From Candidatus Lokiarchaeum ossiferum (lineage in GTDB: Archaea; Asgardarchaeota; Lokiarchaeia; Sigyniarchaeales; Promethearchaeaceae), in NCBI GenBank assembly GCA_025839675.1, contig CP104013.1, positions 510,001-542,000 of the forward strand: a DNA stretch of 32,000 nucleotides. The letters run 5' to 3'. Made by a program: the position numbers and the translations under genes. Positions 19,001 through 25,652 of the stretch are shown here, in pieces (the first letter of the stretch is position 1; the number at the start of each line of letters is the position of its first letter). The notes under the pieces are model-generated. The model saw only the letters and a program-made list of their open reading frames with translations. It did no database searches and was not told the DNA's origin.

Positions 19001-19725
19001 AAATTGATTATAATTTAAAAATATCTTCGGTATGCACTGCAAATTGTTGGTTAGTGCTTGATGTCATGGACACCCCCGACTTAAGTAAGAAATATCAAGG
19101 ATATAGTTCATTACCATCTACATTTCTCGCGATGTATATCTATCAAGATTCTCCAAAAGCAAATTGGCCGGTTACTTCGATCACAATAGATACAGCTACT
19201 TCAAATGGTGCGTTATGGCAAAGTACATATGATTTTGAATCAGGTCAATTTATAACGAATGATTTCGAGGGAAATGTAGAAGTTGTTGAAAAAAACGAAT
19301 CTCAGTGGAAGATCCGAAATTCATATATGTATAAAGGATATTGGACTTCCCTGCATAGATCGAATAGGATATATCTAGCCGACCAACAACGATTAGTGAC
19401 AACTTACTATTCCAGCGATTATCAATACAGTGTCGAAAAACTTAATTTCTTCGCAACTTATGGTGTTATTGCCCGATCAGAGTTTGTCAATCAATATTAT
19501 GAGGAGGATTCACCCTATTATGCTGCGAGCATCCCTTCATCGGATAGTATAATTTCGATGGTAAGAAATTTTACCAACCTATCTCAATCATCCAATTTAG
19601 AACCTGTTGAATCCGATCAACAAAAAAATGAAATACACGTTGGATGGGAAATTGTACTCGGGGTAGGGTTGATTGGGATAATTTCGAGCTCACTGGGTGT
19701 ATTAGTTAAAAAGAAACGAACATAA
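13063..19725 (+). CDS. Giant surface protein (2220 aa): signal peptide, tandem ~100-aa Ig-like repeats, SBBP-type beta-propeller repeats, C-terminal TM anchor
   Basis: Signal peptide is KKLIFGLLFGLIL. Repeats begin PP.I.N / PPEVSN / PPVFKY / PPNITE / KPEILN (about 14050-14975 and 16410-17690). Beta-propeller repeats of the YIAGSTQSYNFPSTPGSFQ, YAVGSTMGHNFP, YVTGSSTSSDMQTTDGAYRT and YVGGITTSTNLTLTTNAFQSTHGG type span about 15000-16390. The C-terminus is IVLGVGLIGIISSSLGVLVKKKRT. Roughly 40 N-x-S/T sequons by hand count. Confidence 0.85.
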   Translation: MNNIYQKTRKKLIFGLLFGLILNQYISTSFLTTYKPLDDEENQTNYSSFLDELTPLVNQSSITNRNQEDENLIQNTPQSPAPSLLEQIYRGKDQFTGFIKNEGQLGDFNSYVEYYHNYEKGKLGFGRNQLHYVYAPDALSTASTSFSVQFLEIPDPKIQAFDQKSSYHNILTANSDFARLHSYETLKYTSPSFNIETEFFGGDHGNINGLIKLPSISALKQVVIRTSAGLSTHVIDNQIQVTREKSSEVHQNPLLSLSEIYAFSEQGELYELGFIQLDSLSVGFQLMNIKDPGPFYLYFGSILPGMQKNSKLPQFQSTLTQPWSAADDEDPPIITNVNYDPQDPTPLDNVKIVADIEDISGISLARVYYRASTDYIWHNSTMIFDTGTTYNAFIGYFEMETYIDYFIEAFDNSVAYNSINSTTEYFYIDVIDDENPPEVSNIQVLPLYPNDQDSILIQAEIIDINSFSAVVQYRNKSNVWNNADMNHISGNIYQTSISNQTGFVEYNFWVQDNSMNMNSAVVKNSSENFNFTSVDTQPPVFKYQSIVPGFPTPDELVTITTSIEDKGQMQNVTIIYQVNSGQWQRKNMTKKSDSLYDYIIGPFVLSDHINYYFEAYDTLNHQITVDNSGMFYYFDVEDRSTAFSDSFCSYFGAGAHSKIKTLQVDSDGFIYIAGSTQSYNFPSTPGSFQETGLSEVCAFITKLTPDGREMIFSTLIGSSTNAVSAGNETIIEDIALDSSKNIYAVGSTMGHNFPIQGEDGKTPVQEYWTWGLEGFLLKLKPDGTELSFSTFIGASTGHENITAVILDELRNIYVTGSSTSSDMQTTDGAYRTSSDFTLPAGNASGILAKISPDGTTYEFLTYLGGERDFRPMDIALDSQKNIFVVGNAECGMMDCTIGRIGPYREGFITEISNDGTSLIMQRFTIGNESEYIESIVISKDDYPIVAGYTNSSRLEYEFGGLYSENMGGKYDGFILTLKNDSSGEICAGTFIGSDQNDQIYSLSLDPQNSVYVGGITTSTNLTLTTNAFQSTHGGRFDNFLYRLDFNLTTILYGSYFGGNSTDILTDMVLDPNYFAYFVGETNSPNLATQDNALQSTYQSESSYLLKITPQLAETSVMLSSPEFILAELGSSFNISLEVQSFTGIFNASIHYTLDNQNWITILAERKNLTHYSASLGPFTAGSKVKYYLEVRDLAAPMEPVINNNSNQFYHIIYPQADSSGDFSSPNWNMFEAVQDKNILRFTGNATDLNDIAVVKLHYSVDGGDEKSFICQEIEKTYNEGEIKWEVTYQAILDFLSFGVDVEYWFQILDNSLNHNSINYPIYHISFEETDIIPPNITELTLSPISPTQKDEILVTVTIRDENSIGYTFIRYSLNGGVWQEQTLQALGNDRFQANLGKFQEFTSIKYFIGAYDLSVNSNYQELNNEGQNYTVQICYLDEIKPEILNLNYPTEPMYTNQQISIQFDVFDISNISQVEIFYQYMGENWNSSILSLNQSNHYDLEFNTGEIRNEFQFYLRVVDNSSLHLSKIYNNQGVFYKIPILSRETGSIWLDHSTNGNEFSNIRVFDQDQNLNRREIDYITVNVTSSVNLVEKEIPLYESGLDTGVFVGILWYSPFNENLDIQIENSANISIQYIDPSSNELEIQAITYNFQWYATSIARLTFDKMTYSFNESILTSIIDLDANNNSTEIDTAYVRIRSTLDRNGFLLPLTETHPNSSVFFGAFSVNEQETRSESYEIFCWDGWNVFAEYSDTTPTDTVQSTLTEEIKYLSDSSQNSFHTTIFPIQPKNGDLVRFIISVPLRMGVEEITIHTEQNQIILNKSYSSIYETVFVGWILAEEEDLKLTYHIKLKLLDGELIESKDYTLDLLPAKINFQCHYEQSGSKAKFALLSFNSRDQPLPDVEYNIWGYNLNNYQYLDMVVITSESGISTFYLDPTELDLSIGSYNIWFEVSKPDYDNVIIEYMIEIVYGIPMHRGRNAIEIDYNLKISSVCTANCWLVLDVMDTPDLSKKYQGYSSLPSTFLAMYIYQDSPKANWPVTSITIDTATSNGALWQSTYDFESGQFITNDFEGNVEVVEKNESQWKIRNSYMYKGYWTSLHRSNRIYLADQQRLVTTYYSSDYQYSVEKLNFFATYGVIARSEFVNQYYEEDSPYYAASIPSSDSIISMVRNFTNLSQSSNLEPVESDQQKNEIHVGWEIVLGVGLIGIISSSLGVLVKKKRT

Positions 19726-19762
19726 TTTTTTTTCATTTTTCTTCTTTACCACCGATACCATC
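19708..19762 (+). repeat. Direct repeat copy A (last codons of the 2220-aa gene, T-tract and downstream motif)
   Basis: AAAAAGAAACGAACATAA-T8-CATTTTTCTTCTTTACCACCGATACCATC. It matches 22727-22783 at about 49 of 57 hand-aligned columns. Confidence 0.7.
19726..19740 (+). terminator. Oligo-T tract, putative archaeal-type terminator of the giant-protein operon
   Basis: TTTTTTTTCATTTTT starts directly after the stop codon (19723-19725). Confidence 0.4.
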
Positions 19763-19923
19763 CTACTACCATACTTCACCCTTAGAAATCTTTAAAACCG
19801 GAAAATCACTTCTTGGCATATTATTTTTTCCACTTCTGAGAATCCTCATTATGAATGCATCTTGGCGAGATTGTCAAAACCTTTTTAACTCGGCTTGCCC
19901 AAAGTAAACCTAAGAGGAATCCT

Positions 19924-20391
19924 ATGAACTTTAAAATCGCCTTTAAGCAAACTGGTGCCGATAAAAAAAGTACCAATAATTTCCATCGCACGAATACCAT
20001 GTCTGTTTCGGAAGAAATCCTCCCCATCACCGTGCAACTCCCGATCGCTTACAATGGTCCTGCAAACAGCCAGAACCGAGAAATGCATTATACACCAGAG
20101 GATTTGTATTTGGGAGCTTTGGCCGGGTGTTTCTTTACCACCTTTAGTGTCGTGTCCAAAAACTCCAACTTTGCCTATGAAGCCTTGGATATTCAAGCCA
20201 CCGGGATCATGGAGGAAGTGGAAGGCGTGAAAATGATGTCGCAAGTCACTCTGACCGTTACATTAAGCATCTCCCCCGAGATAAGTGACAAATTGGCCTT
20301 CAAAATCCTTCAAATTGCCGAACAACGATGCCCCTTAGCCAATTCCGTGAAAACTAAAATCGAAACGAAGTTTATTCTCACCCATTCCTAA
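19924..20391 (+). CDS. OsmC/Ohr-family peroxiredoxin-like protein
   Basis: Both conserved Cys contexts are present: TPEDLYLGALAGCFFTTF and AEQRCPLANS. The ORF track starts at 19855. I prefer the ATG at 19924 (MNFKIAF, 155 aa) as closer to typical family length, but the start is uncertain. Confidence 0.75.
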   Translation: MNFKIAFKQTGADKKSTNNFHRTNTMSVSEEILPITVQLPIAYNGPANSQNREMHYTPEDLYLGALAGCFFTTFSVVSKNSNFAYEALDIQATGIMEEVEGVKMMSQVTLTVTLSISPEISDKLAFKILQIAEQRCPLANSVKTKIETKFILTHS

Positions 20392-20430
20392 AAACCCTAA
20401 AAAAACCCTAAAACCGAGAAGTGTTTGCCA

Positions 20431-20438
20431 TTTTTTTT
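20431..20438 (+). terminator. T8 tract downstream of the OsmC-like gene
   Basis: GCCATTTTTTTTCTC lies about 40 nt after the stop. Oligo-T is the archaeal termination signal. Confidence 0.35.
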
Positions 20439-20564
20439 CTCAAATATTTGCATTCCACCCGATTTTAGTCACTAAGGTCGCACTTTCTCGAGGAATTTAG
20501 CTCCTTTTTGGACCTTCCTTTGAGAAATCCCTAAATTTAAGTAATCGCTAAATCGAGTAATCCC

Positions 20565-22427
20565 TTATCCATCTCGCATTAATAATTTGTTGACATTCTT
20601 TTCTAACGCGATTAACTGTAATCTCTCGGAGATTGGTGCATTTTTGCTTTTAAGCTCAACCCATTTTTCAGCTTCCTTTAGATATTTGTCGTACTCGGTG
20701 GAAATTTTATCTAATAATTGAGACAGATTATGTTCTGCCGCAATTTTTTGAGCTTCAAGCATATAATTCGCATATTCATCGAGTTGAAAGTCTAATAATT
20801 TGAGTTTGGCTTGAAAAAAGTAAATTTCAGATAATAAGGAAAATGATTTTTCTTCCAATGCGATACTATGCAATTTATCCACTTGACTTTGAATTTCTGA
20901 AATAATTTCAAGATCGCTTGTTATTTCCAACTCTTTAAACAACAGATCACAAAGATTCACTAAAATTTGAATTTTTAACTCATTCTCGGCGGATTTTTCA
21001 ATTAATAGATAGGTTAACAGTATTCTGGCTTCAATTATATTCCGTAACGACCCCTTTTTTTTCAGAATTAATCCTTTCGCTAAGGTGAACCGAATTTTAA
21101 TTCGTAATAATTGATTATTTGCGTAGATTGCCTGTATCTTTTGAAGACAAGATTGAGCGGATTGCAGATTGTTTCGAGCTAAATAAATCTTCACTAAAAT
21201 AAATAGCAATTCGACATGGAAGATATCATCTTTAAATTTTAATTGCACATCCAGACTTTCGACGATGGACTTTTCAGCATTGGTATAGTCACTTTTTTCA
21301 AAATAAATGCTCCCAATATTGGCTAAATTTATTGCTATTTCTCGATTGTCAAGTAGCTCTTTATTGGTTTCGAGCGCTTTTTCATAATGACTTAGCGCAT
21401 TATCCAGCTTTCCTTGAAAGCGAAGAATTTCTCCAATATTATTATAGGACCTTGCCATCAACATTTTATCATTTAGAGTTTTAGCGATCTCCAATGCTTG
21501 AGTCGTAAATTTTAAACTTTCAGCAAAATCCCCCAATTGCATGTAGTAGAGCCCAACACAATGATTTCCCAAAGCTCTATCTTGGTCATTTCCATAATTA
21601 ATACTTCCTTCAAGTTGCAATTTGGCTTGATCAAGGGCGTTTTCTAATTCACCGATTTGCCAAAAATATCGTCCCTTATTGTAATTAAGTACAAATTTGC
21701 GTTTTTCTATTATAGGCTGTGGTAAATCTTGAATTTGGGGAAAAAGCGAATCACATTGTATTATACAATCATTTGCTTTCTCAAGAAGGCCAAGTCTTAG
21801 ACTGGCTTTGCCGATGGAAAGTAACGCATCTAACATTACTAAACGGTTTCCTATCGTTTTACTATTCTCATACACCCATTCCGCTGCTTTAAGGGCATCT
21901 TTGAACCAGCTTAAGGAGTAAAAAAGATCAATTTGTAAAAGAAAGAAGGCCAATTGCCCTTCTAAGGTTAATTTTTCCACCGAATCATAGTTAACTAATA
22001 ATGTGAGTGCTTCGTGATATTGGAAGTGAGCATATTTTTCTTTGGCTTTCTTTAATATCCCATGAGAATAATCCGGGACAAAATTATTTGAAAATGTGCT
22101 CTCCGTATGTGTGTTTGAAAGGGTTTGTTTATTGATGTCACCATTTAGGAGTTCGGATGAAAAATGTCGTTCGAGTAGACTCGTGATCACATCTTGGGAG
22201 AGCTTTATCGCATCATCAAATTCGGTCCCACGAATATCTCCATGTTTGTCAATGAAAAGAGTTACGGAATGAACGGGGAGCCCATGGATATATCGGAAAG
22301 TAAAAGGATAATGATCCCTTTCCACTTGAAATACATCTTCGGGTATCTGGAATTCAATCTGTTTTTTACATTTCCCACAATACATTGCAACAACATGCAT
22401 TTCCTTCGAATATTTCAACATCCCCAT
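20565..22427 (-). CDS. TPR-repeat protein (620 aa) with a small N-terminal CxxC-containing domain
   Basis: Multiple TPR-like units include ALGNHCVGLYYMQLGDFAESLKFTTQALEIAK, ARSYNNIGEILRFQGKLDNALSHYEKALE and AINLANIGSIYFEKSDYTNAEKSI. The N-terminus is YCGKCKKQIEF...HGLPVH. Confidence 0.8.
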   Translation of the reverse strand: MGMLKYSKEMHVVAMYCGKCKKQIEFQIPEDVFQVERDHYPFTFRYIHGLPVHSVTLFIDKHGDIRGTEFDDAIKLSQDVITSLLERHFSSELLNGDINKQTLSNTHTESTFSNNFVPDYSHGILKKAKEKYAHFQYHEALTLLVNYDSVEKLTLEGQLAFFLLQIDLFYSLSWFKDALKAAEWVYENSKTIGNRLVMLDALLSIGKASLRLGLLEKANDCIIQCDSLFPQIQDLPQPIIEKRKFVLNYNKGRYFWQIGELENALDQAKLQLEGSINYGNDQDRALGNHCVGLYYMQLGDFAESLKFTTQALEIAKTLNDKMLMARSYNNIGEILRFQGKLDNALSHYEKALETNKELLDNREIAINLANIGSIYFEKSDYTNAEKSIVESLDVQLKFKDDIFHVELLFILVKIYLARNNLQSAQSCLQKIQAIYANNQLLRIKIRFTLAKGLILKKKGSLRNIIEARILLTYLLIEKSAENELKIQILVNLCDLLFKELEITSDLEIISEIQSQVDKLHSIALEEKSFSLLSEIYFFQAKLKLLDFQLDEYANYMLEAQKIAAEHNLSQLLDKISTEYDKYLKEAEKWVELKSKNAPISERLQLIALEKNVNKLLMRDG

Positions 22428-22726
22428 GGTTGTATAGAATAAAGCAATTTTTTCTCAAAAAATTTGGGGTTTTTCCAGATCATGTCTATTTTTTCCAAAA
22501 ATTATTTTAGGACAAAAAAGAGTAGAAAGAGTTTCTTGAATACTATTTTTCTAATTTGAATATTTTAAGATATAAAATTCAATTTACCTCCAAAAAGGAC
22601 TAATAATAACTTCTTCCACCCGATACCAAGAATACAATAATGATATCTAGATTTCTTTGCCAAGAGTTCCGTTGTCATCTGAGAATCTACAAAACCTGCA
22701 TTCAGTTAAGTGAATTGAGCCCATGC

Positions 22727-22783
22727 AAAAAGAAATGAACATAATTTTTTTTTTTATTTTTCTCCTTCACCATAGATATCATC
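22727..22783 (+). repeat. Direct repeat copy B (ghost of a gene 3' end plus terminator) in non-coding DNA
   Basis: AAAAAGAAATGAACATAA-T11-ATTTTTCTCCTTCACCATAGATATCATC. The first 18 nt differ from copy A at a single position. No ORF ends here. Confidence 0.7.
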
Positions 22784-22958
22784 TCGCAAAAGAAGAGACA
22801 AACTGCATATGAAAATACAAATTTTTAATCAGATAATCCCTTTTAATTATTGATTTGTTCGTTAGGACTTTAGTAAACTTAAAATATGTATTTTTGGTAA
22901 TTCAACCTTCGTTTTTTCTTCTATAGAAATGAAAGATAAAATAATTGTGTTTCTTGAA

Positions 22959-24188
22959 TCAGTGATGATTTAATTCAGGTTTAATTTTTTCAATTATTTG
23001 CTTTTTGATTTCTTCTATAGAACATACCTTCTTGTTAAGACCAAAATTTTTATCATAAGGCCATAAAAATGCGGAAAAATACACAGATCTCTTCAATTTT
23101 AAACTGTCTTGATCAATAAACAACACATCAAACCAACGTTGATATTTCTGTTCAGTATCATTAAAAAAAGTTTTAGCTAAATCCCCAAAGACTCTATCGC
23201 TCTGATAACCCCATCGAGCCAGTCGCTTATCTCTAAAATTGGTTTTTTTTCCAACATTCTTTGATATTGTCATGTGCAGTGGAATTATCTTCTCATTAAT
23301 CCTCCAATACATAATCCCCACTATTCCTTCATATTGAGTTTCATTTTTAATACATTTTTCAATCAAAGACTCAATGAGGGGATCAATTTCTTTTTCATTA
23401 CGATATATTTTTTGTTCATTCTTATCAAATTTGACACAAAAATTTGAATCCAAATCAAAGATTTGAGTATCAAATGTGATATAATTTGATATCCAATCAT
23501 CCCAATTAAGAAAATCATCATCTTCTAGTTCGAGTTTCAACCAATGGTAGTTTTTCTTCTCCATGAGTTCCCATGAATCAATAAAATTTTTCATTATAAA
23601 CTGAATTTTATTATATTGGCGAAATTTGAAGAAATTCTTCACATTTGGTTGATTAAATTGTTGTAAAAATTGCATAAATCTTTTTTCTTCCGAGGAAATT
23701 CTATAATCGGAGAAATTTATCTCTTTTCTCCCATTTTCAAATATATTTTCAGCAAAAGAAATACTATCTGGGGATGGAGGTTTAATTTCTTGGATATTAG
23801 TATAATTCATTTCATCGTAATATGGGATATTCTCACTTCGTGAACGTACAAAATATTCAAAATAAGCCAAAAATTTGTTGAAATTGTCATTTGAATCAAA
23901 TTTTTTGACATCTAGGGGCCATACTTCTAATAATTTCAGAGAAAAAAAATTATCAACGAGTTTACCTACTTCCCCCGCATCATTTTTTAAATGACGTTCA
24001 ATTCGCTCCTTCATCAACTGAACTTTCTTCGTTGGATCTTTCTGTTTCTTCTTTATATAGTCATGACCTGATTTTCCTACATACAAAATGCAATTTTCGT
24101 TTTTAGTGAGGGGATCCAATCCACTAAAGCGATACACTCCAGGATTATTCAAAAATTCATAATCGGTGATTTTTGGTTCTTGTTTCAT
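22959..24188 (-). CDS. Hypothetical protein (409 aa) with an N-terminal GIY-YIG nuclease-like domain
   Basis: NPGVYRFSG...ENCILYVGKSGHDY...LMKERIERHLKN...LLEVWPL fits the GIY...YIG...R...H...E order of GIY-YIG nucleases (about nt 23900-24145). The remaining ~300 aa are unrecognised. Confidence 0.55.
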   Translation of the reverse strand: MKQEPKITDYEFLNNPGVYRFSGLDPLTKNENCILYVGKSGHDYIKKKQKDPTKKVQLMKERIERHLKNDAGEVGKLVDNFFSLKLLEVWPLDVKKFDSNDNFNKFLAYFEYFVRSRSENIPYYDEMNYTNIQEIKPPSPDSISFAENIFENGRKEINFSDYRISSEEKRFMQFLQQFNQPNVKNFFKFRQYNKIQFIMKNFIDSWELMEKKNYHWLKLELEDDDFLNWDDWISNYITFDTQIFDLDSNFCVKFDKNEQKIYRNEKEIDPLIESLIEKCIKNETQYEGIVGIMYWRINEKIIPLHMTISKNVGKKTNFRDKRLARWGYQSDRVFGDLAKTFFNDTEQKYQRWFDVLFIDQDSLKLKRSVYFSAFLWPYDKNFGLNKKVCSIEEIKKQIIEKIKPELNHH

Positions 24189-24455
24189 CTCTTAGCTTTA
24201 AATTATTGGATAAGGTTAAAAATGTATCGTCATTCAATTTTAGAACTAAATCTCCAATACCTATATTCAATTTATTCCCATCCTACTATAAATAAATATT
24301 GCTTAAATGAAAATTTTATTCGATTTTAGTTAAATATTATTAAAATAGGATATAAAGCATAATTATCAGTAAAATAGATATTGAAACATAAAATTTGGAG
24401 CATTTAGTTAATGAAATCTTATTCTTATAAAAAATAAGTTTTTATAAATTTATTA

Positions 24456-24483
24456 GGGGTTCGATTCCCCCTCAGAGCCGCCA
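24456..24483 (+). other. Isolated tRNA 3'-end fragment (T-arm, acceptor 3' strand, CCA); putative att core, not a functional tRNA gene
   Basis: The sequence is GGGG-TTCGATT-CCCCC-TCAGAGCC-G-CCA, with a canonical T-loop TTCGATT flanked by G4/C4-5. The upstream sequence (AAAATAAGTTTTTATAAATTTATTA) cannot supply D or anticodon arms or a complementary 5' acceptor strand. Confidence 0.65.
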
Positions 24484-24488
24484 ATCTC

Positions 24489-24506
24489 GTATTACAAGTG
24501 TAATAC
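24489..24506. repeat. Perfect palindrome GTATTACA-AG-TGTAATAC, 5 nt after the tRNA fragment
   Basis: The 8-bp arms are exact reverse complements. A further copy of the arm TGTAATAC lies at 24536-24543. Confidence 0.6.
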
Positions 24507-24905
24507 GTAATGATGTACCACAGGTGTGTTACTGGTGTAATACACTGAAAAAATCTATAATTGAATTATTTTGATCTAATAATTATTCAATATTATAATT
24601 TTATTAATCATTATACCTAATTATGAAGTAATTATAGCTGATATTAAACAAATTTGTGAAATTAGTGAAAATAGGGAAGATTTTTTAGAAGAAATATGCA
24701 ATAAATGGTATCATATTTCGATATCCCCTTATCCTTATGACTTTTTTGTAGCAGATAGAATTAATAATTCTTGGTATCCATCTTCAATTGAAGTAAACAT
24801 CCTATAGTTATAATAGAATTTATTTAGCTTGTCAAAATAAAAGACCACATTTACTTAAAGTCATTTATTAATAATGTCTTAAAGGGTTTTCATGAATCTT
24901 CCTTG

Positions 24906-25652
24906 CTATAAATTGAAATCTGTAATGTATTTTTGTTTTGAAGTTTGTAGGACCCTCTGATTTTCTACAAACTCTTTAATTATTGCACTGATTAAATCAA
25001 ATATATCCTGAGAGTGCATAGATCTAGAATTAAATTTTATCTCACCAGAGAGGTATAAACAAACAGTTTGGTATCTATTGTTGTAGGAATAACGTATACC
25101 AATCATTTTAAGAGGATATTTTTTAATATTAATTACAAATTTAGTGTGATCTATTCGAATTGATCCTTTTCCCCCAATTTCAGTAAGATTAGTGTTTCCT
25201 GGTGAATTTGGAATTACTTTAATCTCGACTAAATCATATTTTGTTAGAATTTTTTGAAATTGAGAAATAAAAAATTCGATTTTTTCAAAATTTATATAAG
25301 ATTTCCCAAAAATCTCTAAAAAAAAGTTTTCAATATTCTTTTTTACTTTTTCGCTTATTTCAGAAGGTAACAATAAATAGGGAGTATCTAAATCAGTATT
25401 TACAACATATACATCAATTATTTCAATTTGAGGTGTTTTCTTCTTTACATAAGATTGATTGAATATTGTTCTTTTTATATCCTTTCCAAAAGTGAATAAA
25501 TATGCATTTTTATCAATTTGTCGCATTTTAATAAAATGGATTTCAAATTGTTCAAAATATTTGTTGTTTATCTCTTTTTGGAGAAATAACTGAATCTTTG
25601 ACTCAATTTTTTTTCTATGTTCATAAATTTTGTAAATTTCGAGTTTTGTCAT
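24906..25652 (-). CDS. Hypothetical protein (248 aa), co-transcribed with the upstream ATPase
   Basis: Its start overlaps the ATPase stop by 32 nt. No motif recognised. Lys/Ile/Asn-rich composition, as in its neighbours. Confidence 0.55.
   Translation of the reverse strand: MTKLEIYKIYEHRKKIESKIQLFLQKEINNKYFEQFEIHFIKMRQIDKNAYLFTFGKDIKRTIFNQSYVKKKTPQIEIIDVYVVNTDLDTPYLLLPSEISEKVKKNIENFFLEIFGKSYINFEKIEFFISQFQKILTKYDLVEIKVIPNSPGNTNLTEIGGKGSIRIDHTKFVINIKKYPLKMIGIRYSYNNRYQTVCLYLSGEIKFNSRSMHSQDIFDLISAIIKEFVENQRVLQTSKQKYITDFNL

Noticed and set aside
8139-19725. Small ORFs inside or antisense to the two giant genes: 8139-8327, 9191-9514, 9316-9501, 9695-9976, 10781-10969, 11849-12064, 12408-12848, 13385-13597, 17723-17905, 18170-18439
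   Set aside because: All are embedded in long ORFs with clear domain repeats in the annotated frame. They are expected by chance in multi-kb genes.
19821-20244. ORFs 19821-20030(-), 19885-20244(-) and 19955-20230(+) overlapping the OsmC-like gene
   Set aside because: Only the 19855/19924-20391 plus frame carries the two OsmC Cys motifs. The others are alternative-frame artefacts.
20387-20420. Telomere-like CCCTAAA(A) units (CCTAAAAACCCTAAAAAAACCCTAAAACC) after the OsmC-like stop
   Set aside because: There are only 2-3 degenerate units. This is too short to call a tandem repeat or telomeric sequence and is most simply part of an A-rich 3' UTR.
22194-22442. ORF 22194-22442(+)
   Set aside because: It is antisense to the 5' end of the TPR gene and has no motif.
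24380-24483. Possibility of a complete or split tRNA gene at the tRNA-like 3' end
   Set aside because: Upstream there is no complementary 5' acceptor strand (GGCTCTGA/G) and no D or anticodon arm. The upstream DNA is nearly pure A/T. I scanned all intergenic regions of the window and found no complete tRNA.
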